Source: the human T2T-CHM13v2.0 reference genome, Homo sapiens
NCBI GenBank assembly: GCA_009914755.4
Contig: CP068257.2
Coordinates: 41,760,001 to 41,824,000 of the forward strand
Reading direction: 5' to 3'
Length of the DNA: 64,000 nt
In this document: positions 30,050 to 42,648 of the stretch, piece by piece
Position numbering within the stretch: the first letter of the stretch is position 1
Layout of the letters: each line of letters opens with the position of its first letter
The notes under the pieces: model-generated
Database searches by the model: none
What the model was told of the DNA's origin: nothing
Seen by the model: the letters and a program-made list of their open reading frames with translations, nothing else
Translations under genes and position numbers: made by a program

Positions 30050-30188
30050 GACGGCCCTGCTGCTGCCCCTGCCCGTGCCGCTGCCCCTGCCCCTGCTGCT
30101 GCCCCTGCCCCTGCCCCTGCCCCTGCCGCTGCCTCTGCCCCTGCCCCTGCTGCTGCCCCTGCCCCTGCTGCTGCCTCTGCCCCTGCGT
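30050..30188. repeat. GC-rich hexamer minisatellite (GCCCCT/GCTGCC)n, about 23 units
   Basis: gcccctgcccgtgccgctgcccctgcccctgctgctgcccctgcccctgcccctgcccctgccgctgcctctgcccctg... The minus strand is (AGGGGC)n. Confidence 0.9.
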
Positions 30189-33100
30189 TCCTGAGCAGGC
30201 CACCATGCTACTCTTTGGGAGTCCTTTTTCTTCTTTTTAAATGAGGCTTGATTGGCTTAGGGAGAAACAGGAGACACCGCATACCATGCAGTTAAAAATG
30301 AAACTCGGATTAAATGAATATTGAATTCAGTACTGTACTGGCTTCCTAGAGCTGCTGAAATGCAAACTGGGGGCTTAAAACCATGGAGACGTATTCCCCC
30401 ACAGTTCTGGGAAGTAGAAGCTCGAATGCCTGTTGGCAGGGCTGAGCTCCTCTGCAGGCTGTGGGGAAGGACCTGTCCCATGCCTCTCCTGGCTCCTGGT
30501 GGCCGCTGGTAAGCCTTGGTGTCCTGTGGCTTGTAGACACATCTCTCCAAGTGCTGCCTCTGCCTCCATCTCCGCGTCTTCCTGCCGCCTCCTTATAACG
30601 ACGGCAGCCATTGGAATGGGGGCCCACCAAAATCCAGTCTGACTTTGTCTTCATTTAACTGATGATATCTTTAAAGATCCTGTTTCCAAATAAGGTCACA
30701 TTCTGAGCATCCAGGGGATGCGAGTTTTGGGGAGACTCGATTCCACGAACACCAGCATCGAAGAGGGCAGGGCACAGAGATGAAGCTAAGGTCCAGGGCG
30801 CACACACTGATGGGCACCCTTGAAATAACGGCAAGGTTGGTACGGGCACATCTCGATCGGAGGGGCCGAGGGGTGAGGGAGGGTGGGGAGGAGACTCCCA
30901 GAATGGGAGACACCAGCTAAGCAGTGGGGCTGGGAGAGGGCTCCAGGATAACGAGCAGTTGGGCGGGGGACGACACAGGAGAGCACACAGCGGGGGAGCA
31001 GGGCAGGGGACGACAAGGGAGAGAACACGGCCAGCCCAGGATCCTCGCCCTGCCTTCGCCTCGAGCCCCAGACCAGACTCACCCTGACGATGCCTGCTCC
31101 CCATCTACTGCCTCCAGGGACCCCCTATGGGTTCCCCCACTCATAAAGAATGCCGAGGAGTTAGGAATAGGACAAGCACGTGTCCCTCAAGGCTACTGTT
31201 GGGATGCCCAGGACTTGTCTGAGCCCTTCTCTAGACCGGCTGCTCATCCACCCGCTGCCTCTAAAACCAGGTAAGAGAAGGGGAGAGAGAGGGTCAGGAG
31301 ATGCCCTGGCCCAGGAGCAGAAGCTCCCCTGGAGGCCTCGGTCTGTGGGCCTCCTGCAGGCTGCACAGGGGGGGGCCACAGCTGTCCTCACCCAGGGGCC
31401 ATGCCCTCCCAAAAGGAGGCCACCAGAGGCCCCTTGTCCCACATTTTTGGAGTGTGGACAGCCAAACTGGGTCATTCAGACCCAACCTGGTCACTGTGGA
31501 GGGAATGGGCTGTGCCCCACTCCCCACCCAATACCAGGCCGAGGCCAGCAGGTCTGAGGGTCCCTGTGGAGCTCTGTCCTGCCCCAGCCCCGGCCAGCTG
31601 TCCTACTGGCTCCTCTAGTCCTCTTCTTAGGTAAGGCTGAGAAAGTGGGTCAAAGGCAACAACCTCAGAGCCTCTGGCCGCTCCTACCTGAAGGGCCGGG
31701 GCTCTGTGTGGGTGAAGACCGGCAGCTTCCTGGAGTAACCAGAGGGCTGAGCCTCCTCCTTGACTTGTTCGGAGTGTTTCTTCACTGACCGGTTTACCTG
31801 GGTGTGCATACGGAGGGTGAGCCACTGGAACAGTGAAAGCGTCCACCCTTCACTGAGTCAGTCCCTCTCCCGGAAGGGGCCAGGGACAGGGCAGGATGGC
31901 TGGGCATTGCAGGAGATTCTTCCCCTCTGGCCACATTCTCCCCATGCTGGGGAGGTGGGGGTCAGAAGCCCACCAAACAGACGGGGAAGTAGGGACAGGT
32001 GAGCCAGACCGGATAGTGGGGCACCACCCTGTCCCTGGGAACCCCCATGACTGCCTCGTCTCCATCCCCTCTAAAATGCCAGGTCCACAAAACCACGGTG
32101 AGATGCCACCGCACACCCATTGGAATGGCTACCATCAAAACACAACAGAAAATTACAAGTGTCTGCAAGGAAGTGGAGAAGCCGGAGCCCTTGTGCACTG
32201 CTGACGGGAATGTGAATGGTGCAGTCGCTGTAGGAAATGGTCGGTGAGTCCTCAGATGGCATGGTGATCCCACAGGCAGTTCACACGAGCAGGAGGTGGG
32301 ACACTCAAACATCCATCCACAGATGAATGGAGACACAGAATGTTCCACAAAATGGAATATTACTCAGCCTTAAAAAGGAAGGAAGTTCTGAGACATGCTA
32401 CAACACAAAGGAACCAGGAGGACATCATGCTGCGTGAACGAAGCTGGTCCCAAGAGGACAAATGCCGTATGGTTCCACGTGCACAAGGTCCCTGGAGTAC
32501 TCAAATCCACAGAGGCAGAAAGTAGAGTGGGAGGTGCTGGGGCTGGGGGAGTGAGTGTTTAATGGGTTCAGAGTTTCAGTTTGGGAAGAGGGAAAAGTTT
32601 GGAGGTGGATGGTGGTGATGGTTACACAGCAGTGTCAATGAACTTAACGTCACCAAACTGTGTGCTTTCAGATGGTTAAAATAGTAAATTTTATGTTATG
32701 TGTATTTTACTGCAATAAAAAAATGTTAAGCCAGGTCCCATAGTTCAGCAAGAACCAAAAGGGCCACAGGACCTCCCAGTAGCTCCCTGCCCCGTCCTTA
32801 GAAACCTGAGCCCCCTCTGGCACGGAGGGAGGCCTGGCACAAGAGGCTGGCAGTGGGGTGGGCCTTGGCAGCCCACCTGCAGCCTGGCCTGGGCTCCACA
32901 TCTGCGAGGACTACACCGGGTGCTCCCAGGAGCTCCGAGTTCTCAAGAGACACCTCAGCTTTCTCATCCCCAAAACCTCCTTCTCTCCATTCGGAGCGTC
33001 TCCCCTGAACCCGACATGCTTCCCCAGTGGGAACTATGCTCTCCCCTGCCCCACCCCGGTGGACGGGTCCTGCTGCTGCCCTGACACCCTGGCACTTCAG

Positions 33101-33290
33101 GCAGCCACTGGAAGGGCCCAGAACCAGGAGCACAGGTGCTCCTGAGCCATGCCCAGCCACCCCCGGTGGGGGCAAGCTCCGTGGCTGCGCCACGCCCTGG
33201 AGGGCTTTAGAAAGCAGCTGTGTTTGCTTTGCCCCTAGATGTCACTTAGAAACAGTGTGTCCCATAATTGTTTTCTGGGGATATTTTTGG

Positions 33291-33588
<298 letters not shown>

Positions 33589-33648
33589 ATGTCCCATAAT
33601 TGAATCTGTGCTACCAAATTTATATTTTATAAATATATATTTTTAAAA

Positions 33649-35480
33649 ATTCCAGTTTGTAGCAAAGATGGTACTGTGGTTTGAAAGTGTTCCCCAAAGT
33701 TCATGTGTCGGAAGCTTGATCCCCAACATGGCCGTGTTGGGAGATGCGGTCTCATGGGAGGTGTTTGGACCGCAGGGGCACGACCCTCACAAGTGGGTTA
33801 ATATTTTATTACAGCAAATATATACTAAGTTTGTTGGCCTTTGTTGGGCCTGTTTATTACATCTTGGATTTTCAGTGACTTTTTTTCTTCTACCTTAGTT
33901 TAAAACAGTGCACATGAAAGGATTTAGAATTTTAAAACTTTTTTCTTGATGATAAAATGGAATATATGATTATTATAAAAAATATATATGAAAATAATAA
34001 TACTAACATATAAGAAATAATTCATAATTCTACCACTCAGATATCATCACTCAGTATTTTGGTGCATTTTTTTCTAGTTGAATAGATGTAAATTTTTAAA
34101 AAATAAATTTGGATTGTACCCCATATGAACACTCTTATAGCCTCTCTTTCTATTTGTAGAAAGAGAATTCCATGTATCATATATAATTTAAATACATTAT
34201 TCTTAATATCTAATATCTCATGTTTAACATGTAACATTCCCATTTATTTAACATTTCTATTTGTAGACATTATTGTTTCTACACGTTACTATAAACAGTG
34301 TTATTGTGAGCATCTTTCCCAAAACTCTTAATTCCTATGTGAAATTTTTCCCTAGGATAAAGCCTTAAAAATGGAATTACCAAGTGAAAGAGGATAAAGT
34401 GTCTTAAAGCCTTTGATATATGTTGCCAAACTGCTGGGGCACCCCTGACCTTAAACTGTGCCAACATTTAAGAATTTTCATTTTAAAAATATTTTGCTAA
34501 GTTCAGAAGTGGAAAATAATATCTGTATTAGTTCCCTAGGGCAGCCATAACAAAGTATAAAAAACAGGCAGTTCTAAACAACAGAAATGTGTCCTCCCAC
34601 AGTTCTGGAGCCAGATGTCTGAAATCTGTGTGGGCAAGGCCATGTTCCCTCTTCAGCCTCCTGGCGAGATTCCTTTCATGCCTCTTCCAGCTTCTGGAGG
34701 TTCTCAGGGACACCTGTCAGTCGTTGGCTTACAGATCCCTCATCCAGTCTCCGCCACCATCTTCAGATGGGCCGGCTTTTCCCGGGGCCTCCCTCTCTTC
34801 TTATAAGGACACCAGGCATTCTGTATTTAGGACCCAGCCTACTCCAGTATGGTCTCACTCTAACTAGTTAATCTGCAACCACCCTATTTCCAAATAAGGC
34901 CATGTTCTTAGGTACAGGAGGTGAGGACTTAACATACCTTTCAGTAGGGGGACACAGTTCAATCCGTAATAGCATGCATTTATTGTAATGGGCACTTCTT
35001 GGATTTCCTTATGGAAAGTGATTCTTCTCTTCATGTTCATTGGCCATTTGTGTTTCTTTTGAGTGTCAGTTCTTATTTTCTGCTCCGTTTTCTATTAGTG
35101 GGTCTCAGTCAAGGCTCCCTTTATTGTGAGAGGCAGAAATGCAACTGAAACTGGTTCAAGCTAAAAGGAGAGTTGGTGGTTAACATAACTAAAGGGCCCA
35201 GGATACTACAGGCTTCAGGCTGAGCTCGACCCAGGCTCACACAATGTTTATCTGTTCTATTCCCTTTTTTCAGCAGCATCCCTCAGTTCTACTTCCCTGC
35301 CTTGGCTTTGTTCTCAGGCAGGCTCATTCCAGTTTGTAGCAAAGATGGTGCTATGCTTTGAAAGTGCCCCCCAAAGTTCATGTGTCAGAAGCTTGATCCC
35401 CATCATGGCAATGGTGGGAGGTGGGGCCTAATGGGAGGTGCTTGGGTCATAGGGGTACGACCCTCACAAGTGGATTAATA
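33649..35480. mobile_element. Cluster of ancient L1 3'-end-derived fragments. Two direct copies of a 150-bp segment (33649-33800 and 35330-35480) flank an inverted L1 3'UTR-like piece (about 34530-35100) and AT-rich sequence
   Basis: Shared string ccagtttgtagcaaagatggtRctRtgYtttgaaagtgYcccccaaagttcatgtgtcRgaagcttgatcccca...gggaggtg...acgaccctcacaagtgg in both copies. tattagttccctagggcagccataacaaagta... atttccaaataaggccatgttcttaggtacaggaggtgaggactt resembles the long 3' end of L1MA/L1MB elements. Family assignment made by eye only. Confidence 0.45.
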
Positions 35481-35565
35481 CCATTATCTCAAGAGTGCGT
35501 TCCTTATAAAAGGACAAGTTTGGCCCCATCTTGCGCTCTCTCTTTCTCTCTCTCCCCCTCTCTTT

Positions 35566-35590
35566 GTGTGTGTGTGTGTGTGTGTGTGTG
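35566..35590. repeat. (TG)12 microsatellite
   Basis: tctttgtgtgtgtgtgtgtgtgtgtgtgctc. Confidence 0.9.
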
Positions 35591-38277
35591 CTCTCACTTT
35601 CTCACTCTTGCCCTTCTGCCTTCCACCTTGGGATGCCGCAGCAAGAAGGCCCTAACTAGATGCCAGTGCCATGCTCTTGGACTTCCCAGCCTCCCCAGGA
35701 CATCTCTGTTCATTATAGATTACCCAGACTGTGATATTTTGTTATAGCTGCACAAAGCAGACTAAGACAGGTAGCTAACATCCTACTAGTTCACCGTCTA
35801 CAGAGAAAGCATATCTTTTCCCTGATAGTCCCAGCCACGGTCCCAGGCAAGCCCTTCATTGGCCAGGTTTATGTCATGTTTAATCTCTGGAGGTGAAGAA
35901 TTTAGGTCAGCACACCCAAATCATCTGGACTAAGGGCAGGAGGGGGTGGTTTACTGGGGGCTATTACAAAGGAAGGAGCCACAGATTCCTTTGCACGGGC
36001 AAAATCAAAAGATGGGCCCCTAGTAAGGAAATGCTTATTTATTCTGAGAACTCTTTTTATATTAAAGGCATGAATCCTTTACCTCTTTCTTCCATGGTTT
36101 TTTCTTAGTTATTTGTCTCTGTGGGTTTTTTTTACAGGAGGCCAAACGCTGCCTTGTGAGTGTGGCATTCCTGGGGCACATTTGCCATATAGCATCACTG
36201 CATAATAACGTCCAACAGGAGCATATTGCCAAGACACATTCTCTGGGCGTGAACAAAAAAACAAACCTGTGGCTAGTACTTCAGTCAGTGAATTGGCATT
36301 CGAAAGCGTGTCGTCATTAGTACAGACGTCAGCGGTGAATGAGAAAGCAAAGAACCCGTGGCTGCACCTAATAAAAGGCCGGCAGGGAGATAAAAGCTAC
36401 CGTGGTTGTGCAATGATGGGACAAAATGCCCAGGGTCACTGGTCCAGGTGCAGGTTTTGAGTCCTCACTCAAAAATGAGATAAGGAATGTGACTTTGAAC
36501 TCATTAGCCTTTTGATCAGGCTATGAACTAAAGGCAAATAGAACAGGTGGCCTGACCCCTGCCAGAGACTGGCACTGCCTGCGAGGTAGGAGCTCCCAGG
36601 TGGGCAGGGACCAGAGGTCAGTGACTTGGTGCACCCTCCACTCATGGGGCCGGGCCGGCAGTTCTCCCTCCTTCCTCTTCTCCTCCCCCTCCACGGGGGA
36701 GATTCTAAAACCCCCAGGAGGATGTCCCTGGTAACACTGCTTCTCCCTTTTCACGTCAGGCCCCAAGCCCTGTTTAGATCCCAGGGTAACAGCACTGAGC
36801 AGTGGAAGAGCCCTTGCTACGTGGCCACCCAGCCGTGGGCCCAGGGAGGACGCGTTCCTTTTTGCACAGCTGGCCGGAGAAGCTGCTGTGCGTCAGGGCC
36901 AGGCCTGTGGCTGGGAGAGCAACAAAGTGTAGGGAGGGTCACGGGGCAACTGTGGCCCACGTTACTGCCCAGACGGTGCCCCCTGTCCTGGAAGGAGGCG
37001 TCCCCTCACAACCCCTGCCCAGGAAGGAGGTGTCGGGGCTGACAGCAGCACCTGGGAGGTGACTTGGAGGGTCTGGGGTTGGGGGGTTGACAAGGGCGTG
37101 AACAGTTGGGAGATGGGTGAATTAGAAAGGGGCAACCAAACAAGTCAAGCATCTTCCCAAATGTTTCAAGGTTTAAGAGGGCGTTGTAACACACAATGGT
37201 GTGTGAGTGTGTGTGTGCACATCCCTCTATGTGCATACATCTCTGTGCACACGTGTGCATCTGTGTGTGATGTACACGCTCACACATGTGCTAGCAGAGG
37301 AAGCACAGGGAGAGGCTCACAGGCCTGAGTGACGTCAGAGACAGGTATGGCCCACAGGGCGGTCTGGCAGAAGCTGGCCTGGTACTTGCCTGGCTCCCCG
37401 GCCTCACCCCCTAACCCAGGGTGCAGGTTCCAGCCGCCCTCTCTCCAGGGCAGGGCAGGACACCCTGAGTGCTCAGTGGGCTTCTTGGCCCTCAGTCCCC
37501 AGAAGGTGAGGGTCCCCATCCTCCTGGGTGCCCCCTACCCCAGCTCCTGAGCCACATGGTCATGGACTGGGGAAGCAGAGTCCAGACTCTAAGGAGGGGT
37601 TTCTTTGTCATCTTCCAACTCAGGACCCTTGGGCCAATCGGAGCAGCTCAGCCTCAGTTTCTCTCTTCTTCATCTCCTGTGTACTTGAGGGGCCTCCCGA
37701 GGGCTGCTCCCTTCCCAGATGAGGCTGAAGTAAACCCTGTCATACAGGTGGGTGGGTCCCTGGAGGGGACAGGCCATGCTAAAGCCACCAAGCCCCCAAA
37801 AGTGCGAAAGGATGAACAGGAGGGCGGCGGGGCAGAGCTGGGTGCCTTGGAGTGGGGTGGGGGCTGGATTCGGGGGTGGGAAGAGCAGAGCACCTTCCCT
37901 GCACGGGGAGGGTGCCCCTTCCTCTGCACAGACCCGCCTGCCCCCTCCACTCCGCGTGGCCCAGGGGAGCCAGGCCTGGAAGGATGTCGTGGGCGACGCT
38001 AGCTTGGAGTGACTCCTTTTATGGGGAAACTTTGGAACTTCATCTGAGAAAGCCTTGTGCTAACCCAGGGCCCCGCCTCTGGCCAGGGCAAGACAAGGAA
38101 GCCATCCACAGTCTTCAAGACTGTTGCTCCCGGGACGGTGCCATTTCCTGTGGGAGCTTCAACACTCAGAACTCACCCTGGCATGCAGGAGGCTCACATG
38201 ACGCCCTTGTCAAAGAAGCTGATGGGTGATTTAATTAGTGAACAAATGATTCACGAGCAAAGAACCAAAATCTCTCC

Positions 38278-38650
38278 GTGTGTGCCTGCATCTGTGCTTG
38301 CGTGTGTGCGTGTTTGTGTATGCTTGTGTGCACTACACGCAAGTGTGTGTATCTGTGTATATGTTTTCTTGTGCACGCCTATGGATTTGGTTATGTGCAG
38401 ATATTTGCTTTGTGCACGTGGGCATGCGTAGGTGTGTGCATGTGGGTTTGCCGTATGCATGTGTGTTTGTGTTGTCAGGTGAATGCAGGCATGTACTCGT
38501 GTGTATGAGTTACTGTGTGCATGTGTGTGATTTTGTGAGTGCTTGTGTTTGTGTATGCGAGTTTGTGTGTACATGTGTTTGTGTGTGTGGATCCATGCGT
38601 ATGCACGTGTCTCTGTGGGTGGGTCCGTGTGTGTGCACATGTGTGCTCTC
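38278..38650. repeat. Degenerate TG-rich (GTGTGC/ATGTGTG)n complex repeat of about 370 bp. Smaller related patches at 37195-37300 and 40010-40150
   Basis: gtgtgcctgcatctgtgcttgcgtgtgtgcgtgtttgtgtatgcttgtgtgcac...gtgtgtgcacatgtgtgc. It gives the Cys/Val-rich spurious ORFs 38280..38825 and 38278..38508. Confidence 0.85.
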
Positions 38651-41600
38651 CTTTAAGCTCACCCCTGGCCAAGCCTCTTGGAGCCCAGGGCTGCCCAGGA
38701 ACTTTGTGGAGCATTTAGGGGTGTTTCAGTCAAGTTGGAAACAGGCTGGGGAGGGATGGATTTGTTGTGACCTGGAGGAGCGGGTAGATGACCTCACCCA
38801 GTTGCACACAGAGGGCGTGGGTTAGGCACCATGTACTTAAACTTGGCATTGAAGTAGAATGGACATTCTGGAAGGAGACGTGACAGGGATTTTCACCCCC
38901 ACAAACGCTCACAAGGGAACTGCCCCCAGGGAGCTGTCCAGATACCCCTCCAACCCTCCAGTCACCCCCACTCCCCTGGAAGCATTATCCACTGCGGGCA
39001 CTTTGTGTGGCCAGAATGGAGAACCCTGCAGCTTCTTCATGTGGCGTTTCCTCTGCCCACCCTCCCAGCTCCAGCTGGCCCGGTGCCTCCAGGCACCAGC
39101 CCTCAGCAGCACCACCCACTCAAGGGTTCATGACAGATGGGTCCAAGCAGGGAAAAGTGGACCCAAGGACTCTGAGCAGGAAGGGATTGAACACAGGGAA
39201 GGGGTATCACAGGACCCAGGATGGGCTGCAGACTCCAGACGGGCCTCCTGGGAGACTCAGGCACAGAGTGCCGCCCCACCAGGCACTGTCACCACGGCAG
39301 CCCCCCCGGAGCCGTGCCGGGAGCATAAAGCCACCAGGGCCGCTGCGTTGCCACTGCCTTGCACCCCCGGGAGCTGGGGAACAGACCCGCACAGCCGTGA
39401 CCACCTGAAAGCCAGATGAGCCAGGGGAAGCAGCTGCGCCTGCAGCCACCCCCACTCCAGCACATGGAGAACGCGGCAGGACAAGCTGGTGTCTCCGTGG
39501 GGTGCCCCCGTTGTCCCCACGTCTCACATACACTCGCCTGATGGGTGGCCTTCCCCACATCCGGGACCCTGGCTAGAGTCTGAAAGGCGGCTGCCCACGT
39601 CCCAGCTGCCCCTGAGCAGGGAGGCCGGCAGGGGATGCACGGCGAGTTCTCTCAGTGGTCGGCCGGGCCCCAGCCCCCTGGGTGCTGCGAGGGGACCCTG
39701 TGAGCCTGCTGATGGCCAGTGAGCCGCGGTCCTCTGGTCCTAGCCGGCCTCGGGTCTGTGGTCCTCCGGGCAGGACGTGTCTGGCAGGCCAGAGGCGGCT
39801 CCTGTGTGCGCGGAACAGCCGCTTTTACAGGGGCGTCGGCTCGTGGCGCTGGCAGGGCTTCTGTCGCACCAGCCCTCGGCCCGCGGCAAATGCCGAATGC
39901 CGGTGCTGGGAACGGAAGTGGGAAATGACGGGGGGTGCGGGGGAGCGGCCCTGACTGGGACTGTACGGGGACGCATGGGGGTGCGGGCACTTGAGGGAGG
40001 AAGCAGCAGAGGGAGGTGTGTGGATGTGTGTGTGTGCGTGACTGGGGTGTGAGCGTGCCCACTGTGGGTGTGCCCGTGTGTGTGGCTGTGAGGCGTGAGT
40101 GCAGGCGTGAAGTGTCTGGGAGTGGGAGCGGGCATGAGTGTGTGCCACGGGCCTGCTGTTGGGTCCTTGGAGGCCACGGTTGCCCCTGAAGGGACTGCAA
40201 GCTCTTTTTTGATTTGTAGTTATTTGAGAAGTCTATACAGGAAGAAAATTAAACCGCATTTACTAAATACAATAAAATTACAGGAAGACAGAATTGTCCC
40301 CAAATTACAAACATGTGGCCCGAGTTGCTCCACGACAGCTCAGCCCCAGACCATGCAGTGGAGATGGCAGCCCCGAGCCCCGGGCCCATCTCCTGCTCCC
40401 CACTGAGGTGACACAGGACCCCTGTAAGGCAGGACCCCAGAGCCCCGCACAGGAGGGGGGGCTGTGTGGGGGGAGGGACCCCTGCCTGCTGTCCCTGCCC
40501 AGCCTGCGGTCCCGCCCCCACCAGGCAGCGGACCCTGGACTGCTCATGATCACGGCCTCACCTGGAAAGCTGCTATGGGCTGGTCTGAGCCTCTTCCCTC
40601 TTTCCGGGAAATCTGAGGCCCACCAGCAGCGGGCAGCAGGTCATGGGTATGGTCGCGGACTTGGAGGCCCAGGAAGGCCACCAAGGAGCAGGAAGGGCCG
40701 TGTCCTGGGATCAGAGTCTAGGCCAGAGACCCTTCCCAAGGCTGTCACCCAGGAGGGAGATGATGGGAAGTGACAGTGGGGCCCAGGCTGGAAGTGAGAG
40801 GGGCCGGGCCTGTGGCGGAGTAAGAGCTGGCTTGGAGTGGGCAGAGGCCAAGGCAGCCGGGTGGGCACCAGACTTGGGAGATGCTCGGCCTCGCACCGAG
40901 AAAGGGGGGGCGCTGGGGCCAAGTGCCCACTGCCCGGAGAGCAGGGCTGGGTCCTCAAGGGCCCCCTGCTTTTGGATGTTGTGCAGCCACTGAAGCTGAA
41001 GCCCAGTCGCCCCGGCTCCACGGTCCAGACTCCCAGCAGGTGGCCACCCCTGACCACCTACTCTGAAATCCAGGCACATCCTGGCACCACCCGGCCAAGA
41101 GCCCACATGGCCCCGGGGCATTCATCTCACTGGGCAGGGGCAGCCTCCGACCTCATCCCAGCTCAGTAGGTGCTCGCGGTGCCCTCCTAAACGCCAGCCA
41201 TGAGCTTGAGCGAACGCCAGTGTGTCGTGAGGCTGAGCACAGCCTGGCCCCTCCACTCCGGCTCCTGGTGGCTGTCTGCTGTGTCCCCTATCGGGGAAGA
41301 GGTTTCTCTTTGGCCCAAGCCCACCTGCCCCTGCCTGAGGGAGCCCTCAGCCACTACGCTCAGCCCGTCAGAAACCTGAGAGCTCATGTCCACGACAGGG
41401 CCAGCCAGTGGGGAGAGGACCCGGGGCTCCCTTGGAGGCAGGGCACTGCTCGTTCCCGCGGCCGCTCGGCCCCGCCCGCTCCCTCCACCCCGATTTCCCA
41501 CAGGGCTTGCAGGCATCGCCCCAAACAGACTCTGTCACCCAAGCCATGTGCCTGGGCCTGCCTTTGGGTGTGGATGGGGGGTGCCTGGCGGGGGGTGCCT

Positions 41601-42502
41601 GGCGGGGAGTGCTCTGAGTGCAGGAGCGGACACCCAGGCTGCCCGAGGAGGGCAGGGCGTGAGGACTGGGACAGCCGCACCCCTGCTGCTTGGCACGACC
41701 CAGTGAAGGAATGACGTCCGCAAGGGCCACGTGAGCTTGGGGCGGGCGGTGCCGGTGGAGGGAGAGGCAGAGGCTGTCAGCCTCTCCCCACCCCTGCCTC
41801 ACGTGGCCACGCCCGACGTCACCGTGTCTTTCTTTGTGAGAGCTGAGTCCACCGACCCCACCTTGTTTAGATTAGGTTGGAAGTCACCTGGGCTGAGCTG
41901 ATGGCTGATTCCGTCAGCAAAAAGAACTGTGGAACATACTGGCACTTGGGCCGGTGTGAAGCCACCCCCCTGCCATGAAAAATGGCTCTTCCCTGCCACA
42001 GCCGGCCCAGCGGGAGCCAGGTCAGGGCCTGGAGACACAGCGCCCCCCACCGGAGCCACTGCCCGGCCCAGCAGCACCTGCGGAGAATCCCACCAGCTCC
42101 CACGCCTCCCGCCGCGCCACCGCCCCGGCTTTCTGCAAATCCACCTTATGGAAGCCGGATAAGGTGAAGTCCACATATAACTAAAAGCGAGTTACTGAGG
42201 GTTACTTTCTTTGCAGAGTGGTTCCCCTAAAGGATTCCTTTAAACATGATCCGGTCAGCCAGTGCTCACTTACGTTCACCAAGTCACGTCGGTTTGTGGC
42301 GGCAGGAGCCCAGCGTGCCAGGCACCTGCGGGAGGGGAAGATGCTGGGTGGGGCCCTGCTTTCGACACTTTGCATCTTAAGCAGGTGAGCAGACAGGCAC
42401 ACATTTGCTCACTCAGTTCCTTGGGGTAGCTCTGATGGGCAGGGAAAACACACCAAGGGCCAATCGTGTGGCACCGACTCGCCGTCTCTCTATTGTATTT
42501 TA

Positions 42503-42648
42503 TAGAAACGGTCTCACATTCGCCCAGGCTGGAGTGCAGTGGTGCAAGCATAGCTCATTGTAGCCTTGAACTCCTGGGTTCAAGCCATCCTCCCACCTTA
42601 GCCTCCCAAAGCGCTGGGATTACAGGCATGAGCCAACACACCTGGCCG
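42503..42648 (-). mobile_element. Truncated / internally deleted Alu-derived element (-)
   Basis: ggtctcacattcgcccaggctggagtgcagtggtgcaagcatagctcattgtagccttgaactcctgggttcaagccatcctcccaccttagcctcccaaagcgctgggattacaggcatgagccaacacacctggcc. Alu ends are present but the middle is missing. Confidence 0.75.
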
